Source: an uncultured Acidobacteriota bacterium (GTDB lineage Bacteria; Actinomycetota; Acidimicrobiia; Spongiisociales; ZC4RG35). From it: DNA of 64,000 nucleotides. The stretch spans positions 5,825 through 69,824 of the forward strand of contig CAVRXA010000019.1 in NCBI GenBank assembly GCA_963725075.1, in the 5' to 3' direction. Below, piece by piece: positions 36,922 through 47,332 of the stretch (position 1 is the stretch's first letter; every line of letters starts with the position of its first letter). The position numbers were made by a program, and so were the translations under genes. The notes under the pieces were generated by a model. That model searched no databases. It was not told where the DNA came from and saw only the letters and a program-made list of their open reading frames with translations.

Positions 36922-38207
36922 TTGCTCGCCGGGCACTCGCCGTCATCGCGTTCGTCCTCCTGATGGCGCCACCTGCGATGGCTGCCCGACCTCAGGGAAC
37001 AGTGATCGAAGTCTCGGCGCCGGACGGCGCCTATCTGGAGATGGGTGATCGGCGCTACCGGGGGCCCTTCCGGATCACGGCAGAATCTGATGGCGTCGCG
37101 GTGGTCGAGGTGGCGTCGCTCGACGCCTATCTGGAAGGGATCAGAGAGGTTCCCTTCAGCTGGCACGAGGACGCCCTGGCAGCACAGGTCGTCGCAGCAC
37201 GCACGTATCTCGCCTGGACTCTTCTAGGCGGGCGGAGCGAGACCGGCAGCCGCATCGGGTACGACATCTGCGCGACGGCGGCGTGCCAGGTCTATGCGGG
37301 AGTCGAGGCCGTGCTCGGCGAGGACGGGGATCGCTGGCGGGAGGCGGTGAGCCGCACCACGGGTGAGATCCTGGTGCACGAGGGAGAGCCGGCGCGCGCC
37401 TTCTACTCGTCGACCACGGGTCTCCGCACCAGGAACATCGAGGACATATGGCCCGGTTCCGAGCCTGCCCCGTATCTGGTCGGTGTCCCTTCGCCCGGAG
37501 AGGACAGCCCGTTCGTGGGCTGGTCATGGGAGCTCCCCGGCTACCAGATGGAACGGCTGCTCCAGGAGGCTGACGTGGCCGATGGCGACGTCCAGTCGAT
37601 CGTCACCAGGACGACCGAGGACGGCCAGGGCCCGTGGATGATCGACATCGCTTCCGACTCCGGCACCGTCTCCATGGATACCTGGGCGCTTCGGTCCCGG
37701 ATCAACGAGGCCGCGGCCATCCTGCCCGACCTCCTGCCTGCGAAGAGACCCGACGGAGTCGACTATCCGAACACCATCCTCAGTCCGGAGTTCGAAATCC
37801 GCCGTGAGGTGCGTGCCGGCCGGGTCGGCGGCGATGCTCTGGCCATCGCTGTCCCGTACTACGTCGTCGAGGGAGCAGGCTGGGGGCATCTCATCGGCAT
37901 GTCCCAGTACGGCGCCCAGGCCATGGCCCAGGCCGGTTCGGCTTATCCCGACATCCTGGCCCACTACTACGGGGGGCTTACCCCTGTGCCCGGTGGACCG
38001 TTTCTGCCCGAGCAGGTGGCGGTGGGTCTCGCCATCGGTGAGCCGTCGGTGCGCATCTCGTCGGAGCTGCCCCTCCAGGTGACTGTCGATGGGGCTGACG
38101 TTCCCCCCGCTCCTGCGGGCTCCTGGAACTTCCTGTGGGTCGATGGCGTCCTGCAGGTCATACAGCCGGTGCGCCGCGTACCTTGGGGCGGGCCCGACGA
38201 GTTCTGA
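36918..38207 (+). CDS. SpoIID/LytB domain protein
   Basis: The GTG start overlaps the murA stop as GTGA. It has a signal or TM segment, then SpoIID/LytB motifs: AQVVAARTY, GYDICATAACQVY and EGEPARAFYSSTTGLRTRNIEDIW. Confidence 0.7.
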   Translation: MIARRALAVIAFVLLMAPPAMAARPQGTVIEVSAPDGAYLEMGDRRYRGPFRITAESDGVAVVEVASLDAYLEGIREVPFSWHEDALAAQVVAARTYLAWTLLGGRSETGSRIGYDICATAACQVYAGVEAVLGEDGDRWREAVSRTTGEILVHEGEPARAFYSSTTGLRTRNIEDIWPGSEPAPYLVGVPSPGEDSPFVGWSWELPGYQMERLLQEADVADGDVQSIVTRTTEDGQGPWMIDIASDSGTVSMDTWALRSRINEAAAILPDLLPAKRPDGVDYPNTILSPEFEIRREVRAGRVGGDALAIAVPYYVVEGAGWGHLIGMSQYGAQAMAQAGSAYPDILAHYYGGLTPVPGGPFLPEQVAVGLAIGEPSVRISSELPLQVTVDGADVPPAPAGSWNFLWVDGVLQVIQPVRRVPWGGPDEF

Positions 38208-38267
38208 GCCTGGCGCCGGCGTTAGAATCCGGAACAAATCCCTACCAGGCAAGGGTTCTTCAAGGCG

Positions 38268-38606
38268 ATGTCAGACACAACACCGGTGACCATTTCGAGC
38301 AGCGTCAAGGTCGACGAAGGACCTATCGACGTCGACAAGCTGCGGGAAACCCTCGAGTACATAAGGCCGGCCGTCCAGGCCGACGGGGGTGACCTCGTCC
38401 TGCTCGGGACGGACGGGGGCAGAGTCGACATCCAGATGGTCGGTGCCTGTGGCGGTTGCCCGCTCTCGATGATGACCCTGAAAGCCGGCATCGAGCGGAT
38501 CCTGATGGACCGCGTCCCGGGGGTGCTCGAGGTTCACGCCAGCGCCGATGCGCCTGGCCTCGACGAGCTCGACAGTCCCAACGGCATCACCCTCCCCGCC
38601 CTCTGA
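38268..38606 (+). CDS. NifU-like (Nfu) Fe-S cluster carrier domain protein
   Basis: A C-terminal NifU domain with the CGGCPLS motif. Confidence 0.7.
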   Translation: MSDTTPVTISSSVKVDEGPIDVDKLRETLEYIRPAVQADGGDLVLLGTDGGRVDIQMVGACGGCPLSMMTLKAGIERILMDRVPGVLEVHASADAPGLDELDSPNGITLPAL

Positions 38607-38636
38607 CACAGGGCGCCACCCTTAACCTGTCGCCCG

Positions 38637-39350
38637 ATGAGCGACAACGATTTGGCCGGGCGCGTCCGGGATGGTGACCGGCGAAGCCTCGCCCGGCTGA
38701 TCACCGCGATCGAGGCCGCGGATCCCGTTGCGGACAACATCGTCGCCTCGCTCATCGACTCATCGGATGCGCCGGCCCGGAGGGTCGGCATCACCGGGCC
38801 ACCCGGGGCGGGGAAGTCGACGCTGGTCAATGCCATGGTCGCCGACCTGAGGTCGAGGGGAGACACCGTGGCGGTGCTCGCCGTCGACCCTTCCAGCCCG
38901 ATCACAGGCGGGGCGCTGCTCGGCGACCGGATCCGGATGCAGGACCACACCGGCGACCCGGGGGTGTACGTCCGCTCCATGGCCTCCCGTGGGCACCTCG
39001 GTGGCCTGTCGGTCGCCGCCGTTCCGGCAATCGCCGCCATGGCGAGGGCAGGGTTCGACATGGTCCTCGTGGAGACTGTGGGAGTCGGCCAGTCCGAGTT
39101 GGAGGTGATGGACCATGTGGACGTGGTCGTCCTGGTCCTCGGCCCCGACTGGGGAGATCAGATCCAGGCGGACAAGGCCGGGATCGTCGAGGTCGCGGAT
39201 GTATTCGTGGTCAACAAGGGAGACCGGCCCGGTGTCGACACGGTGCACCGCGCCCTCCTGGAGAGATTGGGCGGCTCCGATGCGCCGGTGCTGATCACCA
39301 CCGCCATCTCAGGCGATGGAGTGTCCGAGCTGGTCGACGCGATCCGCTGA
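38637..39350 (+). CDS. MeaB/ArgK-like G3E-family GTPase, short form (237 aa) lacking the usual C-terminal extension
   Basis: GDRRSLARLITAIE is a MeaB-type N-terminus. Also present: P-loop GPPGAGKST, VDPSSPITGGALLGDRIRM and VNKGDRPG. The gene ends 1 nt before the convergent ppdK. Confidence 0.65.
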   Translation: MSDNDLAGRVRDGDRRSLARLITAIEAADPVADNIVASLIDSSDAPARRVGITGPPGAGKSTLVNAMVADLRSRGDTVAVLAVDPSSPITGGALLGDRIRMQDHTGDPGVYVRSMASRGHLGGLSVAAVPAIAAMARAGFDMVLVETVGVGQSELEVMDHVDVVVLVLGPDWGDQIQADKAGIVEVADVFVVNKGDRPGVDTVHRALLERLGGSDAPVLITTAISGDGVSELVDAIR

Positions 39351-39351
39351 T

Positions 39352-41988
39352 TCAGACGTCGTTGCGGTCCGACTGGAGCGCGGCCTGAGCCGCGGCGAGC
39401 CTGGCCCCCTCGACACGAGGAGGGCTGCACGACACGTAGTCGAGCCCCAAATCGTGCACGAAGTGGATGGAATCGGGGTCACCACCGTGCTCCCCACAAA
39501 GCCCGACCACCAGGTCCTCGTTGGCCTCCCGCCCCTCCCTGGTGGCAACCCGGACCAGACGCCCCACACCTGCCCGGTCGAGAGTCTGGAACGGGTCGGA
39601 GGTGAGGATGCCCTGCTCGAGGTAGTCCCTCAGGAAGAGACCCTCGGCATCGTCACGACTCAGGCCGTAGGTCATCTGGGTCAGGTCGTTGGTGCCGAAG
39701 GAGAAGAAGTCGGCCACTCCGGCGATCTCGCCTGCGGTTAGGGCCGCCCGGGGCAGCTCGATCATCGTCCCGATGGGGATACTCAATTCCACACCTGACT
39801 CCGCGGTCGCCGCTGCGATTTCCGCCTCGATCATCTCTCGCATCCGGATCAGCTCTTCGGCGGTGGCGACCAGCGGGATCATGATCTCGAGGTGCGGCTG
39901 GCCCCCGGCCTGGATCCGGCGGGTGAGGGCGGTGGTGGCGGCGCGGGCCTGCATTCGGTAGAGGTCCTTGAGCATCAGACCGAGCCGGACACCCCGCAAT
40001 CCGAGCATCGGGTTGTGTTCCTCCCAGCGGGCGACCTTGTCGGACATTGCCTGCAGGTCGTCGATGGGACGGCCCGCCCGCACGCGCCGCAACATCTCGT
40101 GTTCCAACTCGAGACGGGAAGGGAGGAACTCGTGGAGTGGCGGGTCGAGCAGCCGGATAATCACCGGCAGGCCATCCATCGCCTCGAGCAGGCTCTCGAA
40201 GTCGCCCACCTGCTGTCGTTCCAGGTCGGCGAGCGCCGCCTCCCTCTCTGTTGGATCGGTGGAGAGGATCACTCTCTGGACGATGGAGAGCCGCTCGCCA
40301 AGGAACATGTGCTCCGTCCGGGCGAGCCCGATGCCCTCGGCACCACGACTTCGGGCGAAGGTGGCGTCATCTGCCGTGTCCGCATTGGCCCTGACGCCGA
40401 GACTGCGGAGCTCGTCGGCCCATTCGAGAAGCTCGTCCAGCTCGGGTGGTACCTCGGGCGGCACGAGCTCGATCTCTCCCAGGTAGACGGCCCCCGAGGT
40501 GCCGTCGATGGTGATCACATCCCCGCGACGGATGTCCACATCGCCGGTGGAGGCGATGCCGGCGCTCGCATCGACCTGGAGCTGGGCCGCCCCGGTCACT
40601 GCTGGCTTGCCCATCCCACGAGCCACCACCGCGGCATGAGATGTCTTGCCCCCCTGGCTGGTGAGGATTCCGACTGCCGCCGCCATGCCGTGTATGTCGT
40701 CGGGCGTCGTCTCCGGTCGAACCAGGATCACCTCAGCGCCCGACCTGGCCTGCTCGACGGCCTCTTCGGAGGAGAACACCACTTTCCCGGTGACTGCACC
40801 GGGCGATGCCGCCACACCGACCACGAGCGTGGCTGATCCCTTGACCCGATCGGCGATCCGGGGCCGGTGCAGCTGTTCCAGCGAGGCGGGCTCGACCCTG
40901 GTCACGGCGATGTCCCGGTCAATGAGACCCTCACCAACCATGGCCACGGCCATCTTGACCGCCGCCGCAGCCGTTCTCTTCCCGGCCCTCGTCTGCAGGA
41001 TGTAGAGCACGTCCCGCTCGATCGTGAACTCGATGTCGCACATGTCGCGGTAGTGGGTCTCGAGACCGTCCATGATCTCGAGCAGCCGGCGATGGCACTC
41101 AGGATGGAGGTCGGCCAGCTGGTCGAGGGTCAAGGTGTTGCGGATTCCGGCCACGACGTCCTCGCCTTGGGCCCGGGGGAGATAGTCGCCGTAGATGACC
41201 TTCTCGCCGGTGCCCGGGTCACGGGTGAAACAGACCCCGGTGCCCGAATCGTCGCCGAGATCGCCGAAGACCATCATCTGAACGTTTGCTGCGGTCCCCA
41301 AATCATCTGGGATCGAGTGGATCCTGCGGTACTCGACGGCACGCTTCGTGTTCCACGACAGAAAGACGGCGGTGATCGCCCCTTTGACCTGTTCCATCGG
41401 GTCCTCGGGCAACTCACCAGGGCGCTCCTGCTCGACGATGTCGCGGAATCGGGTGGTGGCCGTCTCCAGGTCCTCGGCGGTCAACTCTGAGTCATCATCG
41501 ACTCCTCTCGACTGTCTCAGCTCGGTCAGGACGTCCTGGAACCGGTGCTCAGGAACCCCCAGCACCACATCCCCATACATCTGGACGAAGCGTCGGTAGG
41601 CATCCCAGCCGAAGTGGGCGTCGCCGGACCACTCGATCAGCGCCTTCACCACGTTGTCGTTGATGCCCAGGTTCAGAACCGTGTCCATCATCCCCGGCAT
41701 CGAGAACTTGGCGCCAGAGCGGACCGAGATGAGCAGGGGGGCAGGTCCGGTCCCGAAGCTCCGACCACTGGTCTTCTCCAGTCGAGCGACTGCATCCTCC
41801 ACCTCCGGCCACAGGTCATCAGGTATCGCCGCCGTGGTCATGGCGGCACGACAGACATCGGTGGTGATGGTGAACCCGGGGGGAACCGGAAGCCCGAGGG
41901 ACGTCATGCGGGCCAGGCCTGCCCCCTTGCCGCCGAGCAGGTCGCGATCCGACCCGTCGGTGGCCGAGAAGTCGTAGAGATGCGGCAT
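39352..41988 (-). CDS. ppdK: Pyruvate, phosphate dikinase
   Basis: 878 aa with the PEP-utilising enzyme mobile domain and catalytic His region (GGKTSHAAVVARGMGKPAVTGA) plus the PPDK N- and C-terminal domains. Confidence 0.9.
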   Translation of the reverse strand: MPHLYDFSATDGSDRDLLGGKGAGLARMTSLGLPVPPGFTITTDVCRAAMTTAAIPDDLWPEVEDAVARLEKTSGRSFGTGPAPLLISVRSGAKFSMPGMMDTVLNLGINDNVVKALIEWSGDAHFGWDAYRRFVQMYGDVVLGVPEHRFQDVLTELRQSRGVDDDSELTAEDLETATTRFRDIVEQERPGELPEDPMEQVKGAITAVFLSWNTKRAVEYRRIHSIPDDLGTAANVQMMVFGDLGDDSGTGVCFTRDPGTGEKVIYGDYLPRAQGEDVVAGIRNTLTLDQLADLHPECHRRLLEIMDGLETHYRDMCDIEFTIERDVLYILQTRAGKRTAAAAVKMAVAMVGEGLIDRDIAVTRVEPASLEQLHRPRIADRVKGSATLVVGVAASPGAVTGKVVFSSEEAVEQARSGAEVILVRPETTPDDIHGMAAAVGILTSQGGKTSHAAVVARGMGKPAVTGAAQLQVDASAGIASTGDVDIRRGDVITIDGTSGAVYLGEIELVPPEVPPELDELLEWADELRSLGVRANADTADDATFARSRGAEGIGLARTEHMFLGERLSIVQRVILSTDPTEREAALADLERQQVGDFESLLEAMDGLPVIIRLLDPPLHEFLPSRLELEHEMLRRVRAGRPIDDLQAMSDKVARWEEHNPMLGLRGVRLGLMLKDLYRMQARAATTALTRRIQAGGQPHLEIMIPLVATAEELIRMREMIEAEIAAATAESGVELSIPIGTMIELPRAALTAGEIAGVADFFSFGTNDLTQMTYGLSRDDAEGLFLRDYLEQGILTSDPFQTLDRAGVGRLVRVATREGREANEDLVVGLCGEHGGDPDSIHFVHDLGLDYVSCSPPRVEGARLAAAQAALQSDRNDV

Positions 41989-42069
41989 CAGTCCAATGAA
42001 GTTAACGATCGCGCTGTGAGCCTCAATGAGGCGGGTGGCGAAACATCGGCAGGTCTTTCGCTTCGGAGG

Positions 42070-42093
42070 CTCATTCCCGGGCTACGGAATGAG
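42070..42093 (-). terminator. Candidate hairpin CTCATTCC-N8-GGAATGAG between the hydrolase stop and the ppdK start
   Basis: 8-bp inverted repeat seen in the sequence. There is no U-tract. Confidence 0.25.
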
Positions 42094-42118
42094 CGGGACC
42101 AGGAGGTATGAGTCGGTC

Positions 42119-43799
42119 TCACCGCCGACATGGATGCGTCACCCGCCCCGAGAAGACATCCGCCGGGCGGTCGTCGGGATCGGCATGTTTGAAAGGCCCT
42201 ACCCCCCGTCCGGCGTAGTGAAACTCCCGGGCGAAGTCGGACAACTCACCCTCGTATCGATAGTCGTTGCCTCGAACGGTGAGAGCCAGACGATATCCGG
42301 CGGGGATGACGATGGATGTGGGCCAGATCTCGACCTCCAACTCATAGGTCTCGCCCGGGACGAGAGGTTCGACCCGGTCGTGGGGGTGATAGGGCCGGTA
42401 GGGCAGCGACAGCGACGGGTCGAGCGCCCGATGTGAGGCGCGCAGCCAGCCCTGGGCGACCGGGGTGTTGGGGTCGAGGGCGCCCATGAACGTGACCTCG
42501 GCACCATCGGGGTCGAACACCCGCACTACGAGGAAGATGTCGGCATCGGCCGTCTCCGAGGAGACGAAGATCCTGGCCGCCATCGGTCCGGTGAGCTCGA
42601 TCTCCTCTGTCATCGGGTCGGTAGTGAAGGTGACGCCGCCACCGGTGGAGTCGTACTCGACTGCTGAGGAATTCGGCTGCGGCTTCCCCGGCCAGGCCCC
42701 CATCGCCGGTCAGGTGATAGCGGGTCCACGTGGTCCGAGCCAGAGGCCACTCGTTCTCGGCTCGATCGGTGAAGGTGCCGTCGACGTGTCGGATACGGAG
42801 CTGGACCCTCGGCTCCGAACCCCAGCCGTTGTCCTCGCCCTTCAGGTAGTAGTCGAAGAATCGGCGTTGCAGGGCGACACCCCTGTCTGTGTAGAAGTCG
42901 ACCCAGTGCGCATCGCCGTGGACTTCCAGCCACTTGTCGGTGGCCGCCGACTGGGTGAATGCCTCGACGTTGCCCCGGAGATGGAGACCCTGGCCACCCC
43001 AGTTCGCCGCTGAGAGCATTGGCGTTCTCACCCGCGACCAATCGGGGTTGCGCTCCAGATGCCAGGCATCGAACAGGGGGCGGCTCTTCACATCGTGGCC
43101 CAGGTCGGCCCTTCTCGATGCCAGCACCTCGGGCGCTTCGGTGTCCGGCCCGGAGACGGATTCGCCGGTCACGGCACTGAAGAATCCCCGCTCGCCGACG
43201 CCGTGCTGGACATTCTCGACCTGGCGCGGGTACCAGTCCTGAGCGAACTCGCAGAGGATCCCGCCGTGTCGGGCAAAGTCCCGGTACCAGTCCGATGCGC
43301 CCTCCCACGGACAGATGGCCGCCAGATGTGGTGGCTGGAGGGCAGCGACCTGATATTGATTCATCGCGTAGTACGAGATGCCGGCCAGACCGATTCGGCC
43401 GTTGCTCCAAGGCTGCGACGCCGCCCACTCGATGCAGTCGTAGAGATCGACCGTCTCCCTTCCCGACCAGACGTCGACGTAGCCGGGAGAGCGCCCGGTG
43501 CCCCTGGAGTCGACCCGTGCGCAGACATACCCGGCGGGCACCCACCTCTCCGGGTCGACGACCTCCCAGTTCTGGTGCTCGTTGCTGGTGTCTTGGGCGA
43601 CCTCGGGATACTTTTCGATCATGTAATCCCACTGCGGTTTGTAGCCCTCCTGGAAGGCCAGGCCCTTGCCGTACGGCCCGTAACTGAGGAGGGTGGGGTA
43701 CTCGCCGTCCTCGATGGGTATGAACAGATCGGACCGGAGGACGACTCCATCGTCCATCGGGATCTGCACATCCCGTTCGATTCGCATCGGCGTCGGCAT
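42119..43799 (-). pseudogene. CocE/NonD family alpha/beta hydrolase (S15 X-Pro dipeptidyl-peptidase-like). Frameshift near 42690-42710.
   Basis: The N-terminal alpha/beta-hydrolase part is in ORF 42342..43799, up to ...HLTGDGGLAGEAAAEF. The C-terminal beta-sandwich domain continues in ORF 42119..42703: EYDSTGGGVTFTTDPMTEEIELTGPMAARIFVSS... Confidence 0.65.
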
Positions 43800-43893
43800 G
43801 AATCGGAACCTAACCGGCTGATCCCTGAGCGATGCCCTTACGCTCTCGTCTGGTGGATTTCGCCACAGCGGGCCATCCGGGGAAAATTGCGGG

Positions 43894-44355
43894 GTGAGGC
43901 AGTTAGTCGACCGTGTGGATGCCGTCCTGATCCCGTTCCTTCAGCGGTGGTCACTTCCCGCCCTGCGCTGGTCGCTCGCCATCGTCTTCATCTGGTTCGG
44001 AGTGCTCAAGGTGCTTGGCGTCTCACCTGTCGTCGATCTGGTTGCATCCACCGTCTACTGGGTCGACCCAGAATGGTTCGTGCCGGTCTTGGGTGTGATC
44101 GAAGTGCTGATCGGCATTGGATTGGCAGCGAGGATTGGTCTGCGGATCGTGTTGCTGGCCCTCATCGCCCAGATGCTGGGCACGTTCCTCGTCTTCGTCG
44201 TCCTTCCCGAGGTCGCCTTTGAAGGCGGCAACCCGTTCATCCTGACGGTCGAGGGCGAGTTCGTGCTCAAGAACCTCGTCCTCCTTTCGGCGGCGATGGT
44301 TGTCGGCGCTGAGGTGGACCGGTCGAGGGGAACCGTCGAGCTGGTGGACGCCTAG
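43894..44355 (+). CDS. DUF417 (YkgB/RclC-like) membrane protein
   Basis: Four TM helices and a DUF417 sequence pattern: IVFIWFGVLKV...GVIEVLIGIGL...EGEFVLKNLVLL. Confidence 0.55.
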   Translation: MRQLVDRVDAVLIPFLQRWSLPALRWSLAIVFIWFGVLKVLGVSPVVDLVASTVYWVDPEWFVPVLGVIEVLIGIGLAARIGLRIVLLALIAQMLGTFLVFVVLPEVAFEGGNPFILTVEGEFVLKNLVLLSAAMVVGAEVDRSRGTVELVDA

Positions 44356-44380
44356 CTGCTGTCGGAGTCGAACAGTCCCG

Positions 44381-44401
44381 CCAATGCCTCCTGGTCCTGA
44401 T
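44381..44401. repeat. Left copy of a 21-nt direct repeat CCAATGCCTCCTGGTCCTGAT, with about 35 nt of extended similarity, flanking the DUF222/HNH element
   Basis: It is identical to 45756-45776. It encodes a degenerate duplicate of the oxidoreductase C-terminus (..AHQDQEALAGLF versus ..ANQDQEALEQLF). Confidence 0.6.
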
Positions 44402-44491
44402 GGGCCATCGCATTCAACAGGAGACCCAGTGCCGAGGTCATGCTCAGAGGGTTACGAAGCAGGAGTGAGGCGGTGGCGGGGGCGGTTGCCC

Positions 44492-45736
44492 CTAGGTTCG
44501 TTGTCCGACGAGTTCTCGGAGTCGGGGGTCGAGTACGGGTCGGATTGGTGGGTAGATGCGTCCGTCGGGTCGGCGGAAGACGGGTTTGCCGTATCCGTCG
44601 TCTTCGATCGCCCATCCGTGTTCATGTAGGAACCGGTGGTGGAAGCCACATAAGAGGATCAGATTGTCCAGATCGGTCGGTCCTCCATCTGCCCAATGGG
44701 TCTTGTGATGGGCGTGGAGCCAACCCTTATGAGGACATCCGGGGAATTGACAGTGCCCGTCCCGATGCCAGAGCTGGTGACGCAACCAGGAGGGGATGAG
44801 GCGGGAACGACGACCGATCCCCAACACTTTCCTGTGGTCGTAGATGGTACATTGGAGGATCGGATCACAGGAGAGTCGGCGGGCGGTCTCATTGGCAATC
44901 ACCGGACCACCCTCTATCTCAGCCACCCCGTGTCTCCGAATTCTCGGTCAGTGCGTCGAGATCGGCATGGACGGTGATCTGGGTCGGGGCCGAACCGTTC
45001 TCGTCCCCGGTAGTGGAACAGAGTTCGACTAGTCCGTCGGCCATCCGCTGCGGATACGGGATCGAAAATGCCTGATTCGGGGTTGGGTGGGATCCGATCT
45101 GCCCGGGCTCTGATCTCGGATTCGACCAGACTCATCTCCGGTCCGGGCAGATCAGCGTTCAGATGGCCACGAATCCCGTCCAGGGTGTATTGGATCGACA
45201 ACCACCGCACCCGCCACGACTCCACGCTGCATCCTCAGTGGATAGGAGGATTGGCTCTGCGGGCGGCACGATCCAAGGCCGCATTCGACAAACCCAAGAC
45301 ACTCTGCGATCACCGCCTCCTCGGTCTCCGCAGTGGCCAGCTTCGAAATCGCATCGATCTGATCCAGACGACAACTCGACCCGTCGGCGAATCTCGCTCG
45401 AAGCACCGGCAGATCCTGCAACCTGCGCGCCACCCGGACCAGCTGAGCCGCAGTCGAATGACGAAGACCGAACCGGGCCGACACCCACTCCGGAAGATTC
45501 CGAGCCCCATCGGCCAGGAACCGTTGACTCAGATCGGCATCGATCAACCAGTTACAGATCTCGGCGTGAAAAACGGCCAGACCAGAGAACAGATGAGACA
45601 TGACCTCATCGGCCTGATCATTGGTGAAACTCTCCCTCTCCATGAAACCCAACGTATCGCGAGCCAGTGACAGAAACCGGTCCGAGACCAAGGGATCAGA
45701 AAGAGAAATCTGAGAAATTTCCAGGGCCCGCTTCAA
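44492..45736 (-). pseudogene. DUF222 plus HNH endonuclease (REP13E12-like) gene, broken into three frames
   Basis: ORF 45152..45736 is the DUF222 N-terminal region. ORF 44914..45225 is a middle fragment. ORF 44492..44926 carries the HNH nuclease core: HCQFPGCPH...HAHHKTHWADGG...NLILLCGFHHRFLHEHGW. The TTG start overlaps the oxidoreductase stop. Confidence 0.65.
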
Positions 45737-47275
45737 CCCTCGGCGAACAACTGCTCCAATGCCTCCTGGTCCTGATTGGCCAGGGCATGCTCGGCGCGCA
45801 GCGATTCCACGTCCCGATAGATCGAGGCCACGGCCTGGATGGAGCCTGCCTTGCGATAGCCGACCATCACGTCATGGTCCGCTGCCTCGCCTCGAATGAT
45901 CTCCTCGTCCCACTCCTTGGCGTTGCCAACGACGTTGATTGGGACGTCGTAGTGCTGGCTCCAGAAGAACGGCGGGTCTGTGAACGGGGTGTCATGCCCG
46001 AGGATGTTCCGGGCTGCTGCTTGCCCTTGTCGCTGGGCCAGCACCCAGTGCTCGATCCGAACCCGCCCCGCGTTCTGGTCGGGATAGGAGGCGACATCAC
46101 CGGCGGCCCAGACATTGGGATCACTGGTCCGGAGACGATCGTCGACGACGACCCCGTTTTCCACCGTGAGACCTGCGCGTCTCGGCGAGCGCCGTGTTGG
46201 GGACGACGCCGACGCCGATCACCACAAGGTCGGCGGGCACGGTTTCCCCGTCGTCGAGCAGGACCTCCTTTTCCCTGATCTCGGTGACGGTGTGGCCGAG
46301 GCGGAACTCGACGCCGTGTTCCTCGTGGAGATCCTGGACGAAGCGGCCCAGCTTCTCGCCGATGATCGGGACCAAAGGCACGTCCTCGGGCGCAACCACC
46401 GTCACCGCCACCTCTCGCTGGCGCAGCGATGCAGCAACTTCCAAGCCGATGAACCCGGCTCCGATCACGACGGCATGGTCTGTCCCCTCCAGGGCGGCGA
46501 TGATCGAGCGGCTGTCCTCGAGTGTGCGGAGGTAGTAGACGTGGTCTTGATCGGCTCCGGGGGTGGGGAGCCGCCTCGGCAACGCCCCAGGGGCGAGGAG
46601 CAGGGCCTCGTACCCGATGCTGCGCCCGTCGTCCAAGGAGACGGTCCGCGCCCCGACATCGATTGCGTTGACTTCGACGCCGGTGATCAGCGTGATGTCG
46701 TGCTCCTCGTAGAAACCCGCGCTACGCAACGGCATCCACTCCTCGGGGGCCGTTCCCGCCAGATAGTCCTTGGAGACATTGGGGCGATCGACAGGCGCCT
46801 CGAGACCGATCATCGATACAGATCCCGTGTAGCCGAGCCGGCGAAGCATCTCTGCGGCGGCGGCGCCGGCCGCCCCGGAACCCACGATCACGACTGATTC
46901 GGGTGTTGCGGGTGGCTGCCGATCGGGAGAGGGGGATTCGATGGGGCCGGTCACAAAGACGCGACCGTCTCGTTCGGCCGGTTGGTAGACCTTGAGCCGG
47001 TTGAGGGCCGGGGCCCCGACGGCTTCACCGGTGTTCAGGTCGAAGGTGGCGTGATGCCAGGGGCAATGCACCTGGCCGTCGACACACAGGCCATCACCGA
47101 GAGGGCCTCCATAGTGGCTGCAGTGTCCGGCGACGGCGCACAATCCGCTCTCGGTGCGGACCACGATGACCTGCTTCCCCTCGACCTGGCCCTTGACCGG
47201 TTCGTTCAAGACCAGGGAGTCCAATGGGATGCCGTCGTCGACCAGGTCGGGCCCCGTCACCTTCGTCTCGGCCAT
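45733..47275 (-). pseudogene. Rieske [2Fe-2S] domain fused to an FAD/NAD(P)-dependent pyridine nucleotide-disulfide oxidoreductase. Frameshift near 46120-46170.
   Basis: ORF 46121..47305 carries the Rieske domain (CSHYGGPL...CPWHHATF) and the FAD/NAD Rossmann domains (VVIVGSGAAGAAAA, AVVIGAGFIGLEVA). ORF 45733..46164 continues with ...NVWAAGDVA... and the C-terminal dimerisation region. Confidence 0.7.
45756..45776. repeat. Right copy of the 21-nt direct repeat, inside the 3' end of the Rieske-FAD oxidoreductase gene
   Basis: Identical 21-mer. See the left copy at 44381-44401. Confidence 0.6.
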
Positions 47276-47332
47276 TGGCGTTCCTTTCACTCCGGTTTCT
47301 TTCAACCATAGTGATGGCTTTTAGAACGGTGA

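Noticed and set aside
39892-41490. Plus-strand ORFs of 314, 172, 119 and 207 aa
   Set aside because: All lie inside ppdK on the opposite strand. They are shadow ORFs.
42610-43632. 340-aa minus-strand ORF
   Set aside because: It is in an alternative frame of the CocE hydrolase N-terminal region, R/G/P-rich, with no homology logic.
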